A stretch of 64,000 bases of DNA from Eledone cirrhosa. Taxonomy: Eukaryota. A model generated the notes under the pieces. It had not been told where the DNA came from and ran no database searches. It worked only from the letters and a program-made list of their open reading frames with translations. A program made the position numbers and the translations under genes. Location of the stretch: positions 11,036,001 to 11,100,000 of the forward strand of contig OZ024765.1 in assembly GCA_964016885.1 (NCBI GenBank), read 5' to 3'. Of the stretch, positions 11,252-22,944 are shown piece after piece; within the stretch, counting starts at the first letter, position 1; the number at the start of each line of letters is the position of its first letter.

Positions 11252-12535
11252 TCTCTCTATATATAATCCTTTGTCTCTCTGTCTGTCTGTTTCCTAATGC
11301 ATTCTCAAATGGCTCGACCAAATCAAATCAAATTTTACAAGGTAATTAGACCCCAGGATTAACATGTAATTTTTATTTTTATTGGATTAAAACAATATAA
11401 CATTTTATCTAAAATAATCTTTCTATAGTGAACTATATTACAACAGTGATGACGGCGACGATGACGTCACATTTTGTATATGAGTGTGTATGAGTTTGTG
11501 AGTGCGTCTGTGTTTACACGTTCATTATGTACATGTGTTACATAGACATACATCTTCACGTAAATATTTAATCAGATACACAGACAATTAAACACACACA
11601 CACACACATCTTCACATGTGATGACCGACAAGTATATGTGTGTGTGAGTGTATGTGAACATGTATGTGTGTGTGTGACTATACACACATTTCTGTGACGA
11701 CTGACAACAAACGCTGGGCGTGAAACTGTGTGTGTGTTTGTATGAATGTATGTCTGTGTGTGTTTTTTATAAGTTTGTGTGAGAGTATGTGTGTGTCTGT
11801 TCATGGGTGAAACTGTGTGTGTGTTCGTGGGTGAAACTATGTGTGTGTTTGTATGAATGTATGTCTGTGTGTGTTTTTTATAAGTGCATGTTTGTGCGAG
11901 TGTATGTGTGTCTGTTTGTTAAATTAGCAGTTAATACATCATCATCATCACCGTTTTACGTCCGTTCTTCCACGCTAGCATGGGTTAGACATGGGTTAGA
12001 CATTTGCTTATATTTGGTTAATTTACACTGCACACAAAAATAATAATTAATATATATTTCTTTTGGATGTTGATACTACATTGAAAAAAAAAATGTTTTT
12101 ATTCTAAAAATTCCTCTCATACCTACAGCTGTTCCATTTGAATTTAAGAGGCTTCAGTTTCCAATCAAACTAAGTTTTGTTATTTCAATTAACAAATCTC
12201 AGAGTCAATTCTTTAAGGTAGTTGTGTCTCTTTACTACAGGTTTCGCCCACGGTCAACTCTATGTTAGTTGCTCACGAGTTGGAAGCAGAAACAATTTAT
12301 TTATTTGGAGATCAACAAAAAATTACACAATGTATATTGTTTACCCTGAGGTGCTTCAAGATTGACTGATTTTCATTTCTAAATTCTATTATCATAACAA
12401 TTTTCATATTTTTTTTTTTAATAAAATATAGATATTTTGAAATAATTATGAGAAAAAAATATATCTTCATATTTATTGTTTACTAATCTGAATAAGAACA
12501 GCAGTAACCCGAGCAACGCCAGGTCATTCAGCTAG
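11252..12535 (+). mobile_element. Non-autonomous Helitron with helicase remnant
   Basis: 5' A|TCTCTCTATATATAA start; 3' subterminal hairpin cccgagcaacgccagg followed by CTAG|T at 12532-12536; internal PIF1-helicase fragment. Confidence 0.75.
12092..12365 (+). pseudogene. Helitron PIF1-type helicase C-terminal fragment
   Basis: NVFILKIPLIPTAVPFEFKRLQFPIKLSFVISINKSQSQ / (frameshift) FAHGQLYVSCSRVGSRNNLFI...IVYPEVLQD*. Confidence 0.9.
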
Positions 12536-12895
12536 TATATATATATTACTATATATTAATATTATTATAAAATTATGTTAGGAGTGAGGAGAAATTTGTA
12601 GAGAAATTTATTTGATTTTCCCAACATAAAGTGAAAACTCTCCTTTCTCATATATATATATATTAGAGAAACATTTCTAAGTTCTTTTAACAAAACACCT
12701 TTAAAAAACTTCAAAAGCTTTAATAAAACAAAAAAGTTATATAAACTTCAAAAGGAAAATTATAAAGAAACTTCAATAAAAGACAAAAACTTAAAAGGCA
12801 TGGAAAAAAACTTAAAAAAACTTTATAAGAACACACAAAAAAAAAAAAAAAAATTCCCAAACCCTGCCAAAATGAATAATTTTTGGCATACTTAC

Positions 12896-13065
12896 TCTAC
12901 TTTCTTTGCAGGGTTCCAGAAATCTCCAAGTGCTTTTTTTTTGTGTAAGATCCACTTCGTTGAGAGGAATGGTAATTTCTCCTATAGGGTCATCTCGGCT
13001 GAATCTGTCGTAATCAATAACTTGAAAATAAAGTGTCTTCTCTAGTAGTTTGTGATGAGGCCAAT
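12896..13065 (-). CDS. Syt7: Synaptotagmin-7-like coding exon (second part of C2A domain)
   Basis: Acceptor ctcacag|AT and donor AGTAGA|gtaagt. 170 nt, phase 1 to 0, compatible with the previous exon. Translates (D)WPHHKLLEKTLYFQVIDYDRFSRDDPIGEITIPLNEVDLTQKKSTWRFLEPCKESR, including the DYDRFSR.DPIGE calcium-binding loop. Confidence 0.93.
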
Positions 13066-13330
13066 CTGTGAGATGTTTGTTGAGATAAAGAGAAAAAGAA
13101 CAAAAAATTTTATAACTGATATAAAGCACTCAACAGTTAGTGGAGTATATATATATATATAGAAGTTTTTTTTTTAAATAAAAAAAATGAGATGTCCTTC
13201 ATGAGTGAAAATATAAGGAAAAGAAATTGGAAATGCAACTGGAGTCTTTTTGTTTCCTTTACCGGTTTCACAGTTCTTATGCTTTTCAAAAGTAGAATGA
13301 GATGGAGGGTTTGTGGTTTTACTCGCATAT

Positions 13331-13677
13331 ATCATCATCATCATCATCATTTCATTTTACGTCCGCATTTCCCTGCTTGCAAGGGCGGGACGGGAACTGA
13401 TGCTGGCTTGATATCTACAGCTGGATGCCCTTCCTAACACCAACCTCATTTACAGTGAGTGCTGGGTGCTTTTTTGCCGTGGCACCTCCACGACCACTTT
13501 GCAGTGGAATGATAGGGACCCCAGTCCCTATCATCTCATTTCTACAGCTGAGTGAACTGGAGCAATGTGAAATAAAGTGTCTTGCTCAAGGAAACAACAC
13601 ATCACCCGGTCTGAGAATTGAACTCACAACCTTTCGATTGCAAGGCCAATGCTCTAACCACTAAGCCATGTGCCTCC
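13331..13677 (-). mobile_element. SINE family A, full length
   Basis: tRNA head, central domain, RTE-like tail ending in (GAT)n. Confidence 0.9.
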
Positions 13678-13714
13678 ATATATATATATATATACATATA
13701 CATTTATACATATA

Positions 13715-14318
13715 CAGTAGTCCCCTGGTATTGGTGGGGGGTTACATTCCTAGGTCACCCGTGAAGAGTTTAAAACTGAGAATATTGGACGTGGTCCATA
13801 AAAATGTCTATAAACGTCAAAATATAACGTAAAATATAATTTTAAAAAAAGGGGGAGACTCTTATGCGAAGGGACGTCCAATAGGCTGACAAATACGGTA
13901 TATTGTTATTAATAATTTAGTGTTAAAAAAATATATATATTGCCATGAAAAATCCCATTAAAAAAATCGTGGAAGATATTTACGATTCCACGATATGTGG
14001 TGGTTTCCATGAACAATTAGTTAACTTATTATTAGTTAAGTTCTAAGTTATTATTAGTTAAGTTCAAGGGCGGTGAATTGGCAGTATCGGTAGAGGGTCG
14101 GACGCCATGCTTTCCAGCATAGTTACGTCCCTTTACGATCTGAGTTCAAATCCCGCAGAGGTTGACTTTGCCTTTCATCCTTACGGGGTCGATAAAATAA
14201 AGTACCAGTAATGCACTGGGTAATTGCTGGCCTTGCGCCAAAAGTAGAAACAATTATTAGTTAAATTCTAAGGAAAATTCTGCAGATAATCGGGACCGCA
14301 AATGCTGGGGGTACACTG
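13715..14318. mobile_element. Tc1/pogo-like MITE interrupted by a SINE B copy (14068-14259)
   Basis: TA|CAGTAGTCCCC...GGGGGTACACTG|TA. The SINE is flanked by attattagttaa(g/a)ttc duplication. Confidence 0.65.
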
Positions 14319-14324
14319 TATCAT

Positions 14325-14665
14325 TATCATCATCATCATTACTAGCATCTTCCACACTAGCATGGGTTAGACGGGAACTGTCCCACTCGAGGCAAGGTTG
14401 GTCAGGTGACCATGTCTCGCTCGTATAGGACTATCTGGGAGCTTTTCTATGGCTGGATTCCCTTCCTAACACCAACCACATTTACAGTGTGGACTGGGTG
14501 CTTTTTGTCATGTCACCTACACAACCACTTTAGTGTGGACTGGATGTTTTGTAGTACCAACATAACTTTACAGAGAAAGGGTGGTGTGGGTGGAAGTGGG
14601 AGGTGGAGTAGGGGTAGTGGGTTGGGGGTGTATATTTGGTTAATAGGTGCCTACTGACTGTAGGT
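14325..14665 (-). mobile_element. RTE 3' UTR fragment
   Basis: Inverted homolog of 63150-63670. Confidence 0.7.
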
Positions 14666-14759
14666 TTAATGTTGTCAGTAATGACCTACAAATCATAACT
14701 GTCTTTGAGCAATTATAGTTGCTATCTTGGGCAAGTTTCTCTATAAACTTCCACTTAAA

Positions 14760-14895
14760 ATAACTTGATGGTAGTTTATATTTTGTATAACCCGAAGCAA
14801 TTTAGTGTATGCAGCATCAAGTTTCTTCTTAAGTGCTTGTGTCAGGGTCCATGTCCCTGATATATACAACAACACTGACTCAACAGATGTCATGG
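14760..14895 (-). mobile_element. RTE/RTE-X ORF fragment
   Basis: SVESVLLYISGTWTLTQALKKKLDAAYTKLLRVIQNI. Confidence 0.7.
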
Positions 14896-15277
14896 ATGGT
14901 GTCAAAAGTGTTAAATTATTCAGTATTTTCTGATTTTGTCAATTATCTTATTTTTTAGATAAATTCATTTAGAGTTAAGTAAACATAAAATTATTTTGTT
15001 TACAAAATTCATTTATTCGGAAAAGTTTTGGCAAATTTACTATAAAATTGATTTATTTTTCCCTCAGCACATGTATAAAAATGGTGTTTATACCTAGCCC
15101 CAGGTGAAAGATGCATTATATAAAAATTAAAATCTAAAACTAAAATCTTTTCTGAAATTATTGATGACAGCTGAAAACTAAGATGAATTGGGAGCTTGGG
15201 GTGTTAAAAATAAAAAACATATTGACACGACAAACAATATTTTCTATTATATATACTAGGCAAAAGGTCAGCAATTC

Positions 15278-16206
15278 GAGGGTAGGGGAAAAATAGATTT
15301 TATCGATCCCTGTATTTAATTGGTACTTTATTTTATCAACCCCTCAAAGGTGCACGAGGGTAGGGGAAAATAGATTTTATTGATCCCTGTATTTAATTGG
15401 TACTTTATTTTATCAACCCCTCAAAGGTGCACGAGGGTAGGGGAAAAATAGATTTTATCGATCCCTGTATTTAATTGGTACTTTATTTTATCAACCCCTC
15501 AAAGGTGCACGAGGGTAGGGGAAAATAGATTTTATCGATCCCTGTATTTAATTGGTACTTTATTTTATCAACCCCTCAAAGGTGCACGAGGGTAGGGGAA
15601 AAATAGATTTTATCGATCCCTGTATTTAATTGGTACTTTATTTTATCAACCCCTCAAAGGTGCACGAGGGTAGGGGAAAATAGATTTTATTGATCCCTGT
15701 ATTTAATTGGTACTTTATTTTATCAACCCCTCAAAGGTGCACGAGGGTAGGGGAAAAATAGATTTTATCGATCCCTGTATTTAATTGGTACTTTATTTTA
15801 TCAACCCCTCAAAGGTGCACGAGGGTAGGGGAAAATAGATTTTATTGATCCCTGTATTTAATTGGTACTTTATTTTATCAACCCCTCAAAGGTGCACGAG
15901 GGTAGGGGAAAAATAGATTTTATCGATCCCTGTATTTAATTGGTACTTTATTTTATCAACCCCTCAAAGGTGCACGAGGGTAGGGGAAAATAGATTTTAT
16001 TGATCCCTGTATTTAATTGGTACTTTATTTTATCAACCCCTCAAAGGTGCACGAGGGTAGGGGAAAAATAGATTTTATCGATCCCTGTATTTAATTGATA
16101 CTTTATTTTATCAACCCCTCAAAGGTGCACGGGGTAGGGGAAAAATAGATTTTATCGATCCCTGTGTTTAATTGGTACTTTATTTTATCAACCCCTCAAA
16201 GGTGCA
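15278..16206. repeat. 78/77-bp tandem repeat x12 inside a minus-strand SINE-B-like copy
   Basis: The unit contains tggtactttattttatcaacccc (reverse of the SINE B body); flanks continue the SINE on both sides; variants alternate. Confidence 0.92.
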
Positions 16207-16330
16207 ACAGAAAAGTTGACCTTGACAATCAATGACAAACCCATTTTTAGATCCAATCCAACACAGGGCCTTCTCACCCCTGTTGAAGGAACTCCTTAGT
16301 TGACCTCCAACACTTTCTGTTTGGTTTTCG

Positions 16331-18990
16331 TCATGTCAGGGGTGTAGCCGTACTCACCACACTTGACCAATTGTGGTCATGTCAGGGGTGTAGCCGTACT
16401 CACCACACTTGACCAATTGTGGTCATGTCAGGGGTGTAGCAGTACTCACCACACTTGACCAATTGTGGTCATGTCAGGGGTGTAGCCGTACTCACCACAC
16501 TTGACCAATTGTGGTCATGTCAGGGGTGTAACTGTACTCACCACACTTGACCAATTGTGGTCATGTCAGGGGTGTAGCCGTACTCACCACACTTGACCAA
16601 TTGTGGTCATGTCAGGGGTGTAACTGTACTCACCACACTTGACCAATTGTGGTCATGTCAGGGGTGTAGCCGTACTCACCACACTTGACCAATTGTGGTC
16701 ATGTCAGGGGTGTAGCCGTACTCACCACACTTGACCAATTGTGGTCATGTCAGGGGTGTAGCCGTACTCACCAACTTGACCAATTGTGGTCATGTCAGGG
16801 GTGTAGCCGTACTCACCACACTTGACCAATTGTGGTCATGTCAGGGGTGTAACTGTACTCACCACACTTGACCAATTGTGGTCATGTCAGGGGTGTAACT
16901 GTACTCACCACACTTGACCAATTGTGGTCATGTCAGGGGTGTAGCCGTACTCACCACACTTGACCAATTGTGGTCATGTCAGGGGTGTAGCCGTACTCAC
17001 CACACTTGACCAATTGTGGTCATGTCAGGGGTGTAGCCGTACTCACCACACTTGACCAATTGTGGTCATGTCAGGGGTGTAGCTGTACTCACCACACTTG
17101 ACCAATTGTGGTCATGTCAGGGGTGTAGCCGTACTCACCACACTTGACCAATTGTGGTCATGTCAGGGGTGTAGCCGTACTCACCAACTTGACCAATTGT
17201 GGTCATGTCAGGGGTGTAGCCGTACTCACCAACTTGACCAATTGTGGTCATGTCAGGGGTGTAGCCGTACTCACCACACTTGACCAATTGTGGTCATGTC
17301 AGGGGTGTAGCCGTACTCACCACACTTGACCAATTGTGGTCATGTCAGGGGTGTAGCCGTACTCACCAACTTGACCAATTGTGGTCATGTCAGGGGTGTA
17401 GCCGTACTCACTACACTTGACCAATTGTGGTCATGTCAGGGGTGTAGCAGTACTCACCACACTTGACCAATTGTGGTCATGTCAGGGGTGTAACTGTACT
17501 CACCACACTTGACCAATTGTGGTCATGTCAGGGGTGTAGCCGTACTCACCACACTTGACCAATTGTGGTCATGTCAGGGGTGTAGCAGTACTCACCACAC
17601 TTGACCAATTGTGGTCATGTCAGGGGTGTAACTGTACTCACCACACTTGACCAATTGTGGTCATGTCAGGGGTGTAACTGTACTCACCACACTTGACCAA
17701 TTGTGGTCATGTCAGGGGTGTAGCCGTACTCACCACACTTGACCAATTGTGGTCATGTCAGGGGTGTAACTGTACTCACCACACTTGACCAATTGTGGTC
17801 ATGTCAGGGGTGTAACTGTACTCACCACACTTGACCAATTGTGGTCATGTCAGGGGTGTAGCCGTACTCACCACACTTGACCAATTGTGGTCATGTCAGG
17901 GGTGTAGCAGTACTCACCACACTTGACCAATTGTGGTCATGTCAGGGGTGTAACTGTACTCACCACACTTGACCAATTGTGGTCATGTCAGGGGTGTAAC
18001 TGTACTCACCACACTTGACCAATTGTGGTCATGTCAGGGGTGTAGCCGTACTCACCACACTTGACCAATTGTGGTCATGTCAGGGGTGTAACTGTACTCA
18101 CCACACTTGACCAATTGTGGTCATGTCAGGGGTGTAGCCGTACTCACCACACTTGACCAATTGTGGTCATGTCAGGGGTGTAGCCGTACTCACCACACTT
18201 GACCAATTGTGGTCATGTCAGGGGTGTAGCAGTACTCACCACACTTGACCAATTGTGGTCATGTCAGGAGTGTAGCCATACTGACCACACTTGACCAATT
18301 GTGGTCATGTCAGGGGTGTAGCCGTACTCACCACACTTGACCAATTGTGGTCATGTCAGGGGTGTAGCCGTACTCACCACACTTGACCAATTGTGGTCAT
18401 GTCAGGGGTGTAGCCGTACTCACCACACTTGACCAATTGTGGTCATGTCAAGGGTGTAGCCGTACTCACCACACTTGACCAATTGTGGTCATGTCAGGGG
18501 TGTAGCCGTACTCACCACACTTGACCAATTGTGGTCATGTCAAGGCTGTAGCCGTACTCACCACACTTGACCAATTGTGGTCATGTCAGGGGTGTAACTG
18601 TACTCACCACACTTGACCAATTGTGGTCATGTCAGGGGTGTAGCCGTACTCACCACACTTGACCAATTGTGGTCATGTCAGGGGTGTAGCCGTACTCACC
18701 ACACTTGACCAATTGTGGTCATGTCAGGGGTGTAGCCGTACTCACCACACTTGACCAATTGTGGTCATGTCAAGGCTGTAGCCGTACTCACCACACTTGA
18801 CCAATTGTGGTCATGTCAGGGGTGTAACTGTACTCACCACACTTGACCAATTGTGGTCATGTCAGGGGTGTAGCCCTACTCACCACACTTGACCAATTGT
18901 GGTCATGTCAGGGGTGTAACTGTACTCACCACACTTGACCAATTGTGGTCATGTCAGGAGTGTAGCCGTACTCACCACACTTGACCAATT
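16331..18990. repeat. 46-bp minisatellite, ~58 copies
   Basis: Unit tcatgtcaggggtgtagccgtactcaccacacttgaccaattgtgg, with variants gccg/actg/gcag and 45-bp units. Confidence 0.97.
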
Positions 18991-19140
18991 TCAGGTTGGT
19001 GAGGCTATTTAACCCATAGCTGGGGTGGAGAGCTGTTGACTATGAGGAGTTCATCTGCCCTTTAACAGATCCTGTTTTTTAAGCTTCTAGGGTTCTACTT
19101 ACCCTCCTCACCAGACCAGGTGGAGGAGCCAGTTTGGCCA

Positions 19141-19414
19141 CCAACCATGAAACAGGTTGTACTGGGTTACATAGTACCAGTAACAGACAGAAGCCTGACC
19201 TGACCTGACCAGGGTCTGATGAAGAAGCTGGTTTAGTCACCAACCACTCAACCATGAATCAGGTTGTACTAGATTACATGGTACCAGTAGCAGACAGAAG
19301 CCTGACCTGACCAGACCAGGGTCTGATGAAGAAGCTGGTTTAGTCACCAACCACTCAACCATGAATCAGGTTGTACTAGATTACATGGTACCAGTAGCAG
19401 ACAGAAGCCTGACC
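19141..19414. repeat. 107-bp tandem repeat x2.5 in a LINE-5'-like sequence
   Basis: ccatgaa recurs at 19145, 19252 and 19359. Confidence 0.85.
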
Positions 19415-19711
19415 ATTTCTAGATATTTTCTGCTAAATCAGTACAAAATATTAAGAGTTGATGATCAGCTTTGTGTTAGAAACACAAGTTTTAGAAGAAA
19501 ATTATTGCATCACATTAAAATATTAAAATTTCTACACCTATAATGCAAATTTTCACAATATGTTTACTAGAAAATATAGTACACTGGACCTTGGTTCACA
19601 AACTTAATTCATTCCCGAAGGCTGTTTGTCACCCAAAATGTTCATAAATTGAAACTATTTTTCCCATACAAAATGTTGAGAGAGAAATACATACATACAT
19701 AGTTTTGCAAG

Positions 19712-19940
19712 AGATGTCAACATGAATGGACCTGTTATTTTTTTATCTAAAGTCATTTTTTCCAATTCCACCCCGCCTGTCTCCTCAATCTATCTTATTT
19801 CTCTTTCTTTCTTCTGATGAAGGACTAGCGTCCGAAACGTCAAGACCCTCTTCTTGCTATATCAAGTGTTAACCTAATATATACCTTCCATATACTGTAC
19901 AGATTGTGTTGTTATTTCTGTTTACCTTTTACATACATAT
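19712..19940 (+). mobile_element. ~230-bp hammerhead-bearing dispersed element
   Basis: Inverted homolog at 59105-59327; both copies abut (TA)n. Confidence 0.75.
19810..19845 (+). ncRNA. Minimal type I hammerhead ribozyme
   Basis: TCTT-CTGATGA-A-GGAC(TAGC)GTCC-GAAAC-GTC-AAGA. Intact core, stems I and II, palindromic ACGT stem III, GUC cleavage triplet. Confidence 0.85.
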
Positions 19941-20022
19941 ATATATATATCATCATCATTTTACGTTCGCTTTTCCCTGATTGCAAGGGTTGGACGGATC
20001 CTATATATATATAGGGCCCATC

Positions 20023-20076
<54 letters not shown>

Positions 20077-20331
20077 GGAGAGACTGTGTGTGAAAGACAA
20101 ATAGATATTACTATAGTAACTAACTACACACCAAGTGACACTGTCCTGCTGATACTCCAAGCTTGTCGCCTACCATTGTTGCTGGCTTGTGTATTTGTTA
20201 CTCGAGACACTGTCCATTTTATGTTATGAAACATTGTTCATGAACTAATTTGTTCAAAATGAGAGATGTTCCACCATGCAAACATTTGAATTGACAAACT
20301 TGGTATTAGATATTTCCTGCTAAACTAATAA

Positions 20332-20745
20332 CCCTTTAACATTTACATTACTCTATATATACTATTGTATTTTCACGGTAAAGGCTTTATCTTACATAAT
20401 ATCGAATCTATGAGATTTGATATTATTTATTTTGAGCACAATACCTTAACATAAGTATGAGTAGCCAGTTACAGCTGGTTTGTACAGGAAGAAGTGAGAG
20501 AATCCTGGCCGGATACAGCCGGTTTAAATGCTAAAGGGTTAAACCGGCCATATCCAGCCGGAATTCTCTCACCTCTTTCTCTTCAAACCAACTGTAACTG
20601 GCTGCTCATATTTATGTTAAGGTATTGTTCTCAAAATAAATAATATCAAATCTCACAGATTTGATATTATGTGAGATATCATGTAAGATAAGCCTTGACC
20701 ACAAAAATACAATAGTATATATAGAGTAATGTAAATGTTAAAGGG
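20332..20745. mobile_element. Two inverted piggyBac-like MITE copies
   Basis: CCCTTTA.CATTTA...TAAATG.TAAAGGG|TTAA termini; same family as 30423-31349 and 46358-47038. Confidence 0.75.
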
Positions 20746-21140
20746 TTAAAGGATGTAACTATATGTTGCAAAGTATGTATTTTATTCGATGCTCTACCAA
20801 TTCTACTGCCAATCCACTCTATGCTGCAAAGCATGGAGTCCGATGCTTTACCGATAATAATAATAAAAAAAAATAATAATAATTGTGGTGTTCGTTAACC
20901 CTTTAATATTTACATTACTCTTATTGTATATATATATATATATGTAGAAAAATCTACCAAAAGTTTACGGTAGTGTCCAATCCGTATGAAGAACTCAATG
21001 TAATCCGGATATCATGAAAAGAGAAGATGCATTCAAAAACTATTTTCGGTGAAAAATAAACGGAAAACAGAGTCAAGATAAATTATTAAAAAAATAATGA
21101 ATAAACAAAGAAACGGTTCCTTATATTAAAAAAAATTCAT

Positions 21141-21274
21141 TATTTTACGATCGTTTCTAGGATATATATGTGTTAGAGTTGGTATGCATATTCTATAGAT
21201 CTATGTACAATATTTATACAAACTATCAGAGGGAATATACATACCTACACATATATATGCTGTCTTCAGAAATA
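21141..21274 (-). ncRNA. Type I hammerhead with extended stem II (left arm of 400-bp palindrome)
   Basis: Exact mirror image of 21281-21414. Confidence 0.75.
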
Positions 21275-21280
21275 ATATTT

Positions 21281-21414
21281 TATTTCTGAAGACAGCATAT
21301 ATATGTGTAGGTATGTATATTCCCTCTGATAGTTTGTATAAATATTGTACATAGATCTATAGAATATGCATACCAACTCTAACACATATATATCCTAGAA
21401 ACGATCGTAAAATA
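21281..21414 (+). ncRNA. Type I hammerhead with extended stem II (right arm of 400-bp palindrome)
   Basis: TATTT-CTGAAGA-C-AGCATATATATGTGT...ACACATATATATCCT-A-GAAAC-GATC-GTA-AAATA. Stem I TATTT/AAATA, palindromic ACGATCGT stem III, GUA site. Confidence 0.75.
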
Positions 21415-21651
21415 ATGAATTTTTTTTAATATAAGGAACCGTTTCTTTGTTTATTCATTATTTTTTTAATAATTTATATATATATATATATATATATATA
21501 AATTTTGTGTATATGTTAGTTGTATACCAACACCTCAGTATGCAGATTGGAGCCACTCGACGAAGTGCGCAGGGTGGTTTGGTTACTCTGGAGTAATGTA
21601 AAATAAACTAAAATAAATAAGTCAAATATTTAAAATTTGGCTTCGTTTATT

Positions 21652-21706
21652 ACTGCTATATATATTTCGGTGACAGCCATCTTTGGCTGTGACCTCTTCA
21701 GGCAGT
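21652..21706 (-). ncRNA. Type I hammerhead ribozyme (inverted copy of 22340-22394)
   Basis: Reverse complement of 22340-22394. Confidence 0.85.
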
Positions 21707-22339
21707 CCGAATTAGTGTGGTAGAGACGAGTACACATGTTGTTGAGGTGTTTAATTTTGTCAATACTCTGATATGCCCAGTTCCTGGTTGGGTTGTTATT
21801 TCCCTGAGGAACTGGAATCATATGAATTTAAACAAACATATGAAATTAAACAAACAAATTATTTGCTTATATTATCTTATTTTCATTTTCTATTTTCTTC
21901 ATTTTATTGCCTTTTATTTCTTCATATGATTGGCACCCCCCCCCCACACCACCACGAGAAATGGTGGCAGGATAGATGCCAACACACACACACAGATCCA
22001 TCTAAAATCAGCAGCAGCTGGAATTAAGCTGACTCCAACACCAACACCACTACCAACATAAGAGTAGAGGTTAGATGTACTTAACAATAACAAGAACAAC
22101 CACTACAGATTGCCTCGCCTCAGAACGAAATTCTATAGACTTTTGACTGAGGAATGTTCTAACAACTGACCAATGGGAGGAGAGGATGTCCTTTGACGCT
22201 GAAATTCGTTTGTTTAAATTCAATATGATTCCAGTTCCTCAGTGAAATAACAACCCAACCAGGAACTGGGCATATCAGAGTATTGACAAAGTTAAACACC
22301 TCAACAACATGTGTACTCGTCTCTACCACACTAATTCGG

Positions 22340-22394
22340 ACTGCCTGAAGAGGTCACAGCCAAAGATGGCTGTCACCGAAATATATATAGCAGT
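22340..22394 (+). ncRNA. Type I hammerhead ribozyme
   Basis: ACTGC-CTGAAGA-GGTCACAGCCA(AAGA)TGGCTGTCACC-GAAA-TATAT-ATA-GCAGT. 5-bp stem I, 10/11-bp stem II, palindromic (TA) stem III. Confidence 0.85.
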
Positions 22395-22737
22395 AATAAA
22401 CGAAGCCAAATTTTAAATATTTGACTTATTTATTATATTTTATTTTAGATATATATAGATAGATAAATATTTGCTCTATGGTTCTTATATAATTGATATA
22501 TATTTAGTCTTCAAATTTATTATTATTACTATAAATATATATATATATAGATATATATATATATTTGCAAAGATAACCTCAGTAGGATTTGAACTCAGAA
22601 CGTAGAGGGCCATAACTACATGCCACAAAGCATGCTGGTCGACGCTCTACCGATACTGCAATCCAAATAATGATACTGCTGTTGCTGCTGCTAATTATGA
22701 TATTGATGATATACACTCATTATAATTAATTCATAAT

Positions 22738-22944
22738 GGCGTAAGTGGATTGGCAGTATCGGTAGAGGGTCGGACACCATGCTTTGCAGCATAGAGTTAC
22801 GTCCCTTTACGGTCTGAGTTCAAATCCCGCCGAGGTTAACTTTGCCTTTCATCCTTACGGGGGGGGGGGGTTGATAAACTAAAGTACCAGTAATGCACTG
22901 GGGTAATTGCTGGCCTTGTGCCAAAAGTAGAAACAATTATTATT
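22738..22944 (+). mobile_element. SINE family B
   Basis: Matches 37974-38175; an inverted partial head lies at 22575-22665. Confidence 0.88.

Larger units (their letters stand above)
21078..21477. repeat. Perfect palindrome, 198-bp arms, 4-nt loop
   Basis: Arms 21078-21275 and 21280-21477 are exact reverse complements; ends in a (TA)n tract. Confidence 0.95.
21612..22434. mobile_element. Hammerhead-bearing element with ~225-bp inverted arms (PLE-derived by inference)
   Basis: 21612-21838 is a near-perfect inverted copy of 22208-22434. The left flank 21500-21640 recurs at 59880-60010. Confidence 0.7.

Noticed and set aside
13600-13677. tRNA gene
   Set aside because: A and B boxes are present, but it is the head of a multi-copy SINE continuing into body and tail.
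16331-18990. CRISPR-like regular array
   Set aside because: Units are contiguous with no unique spacers, there are no cas genes, and the context is a eukaryotic intron.
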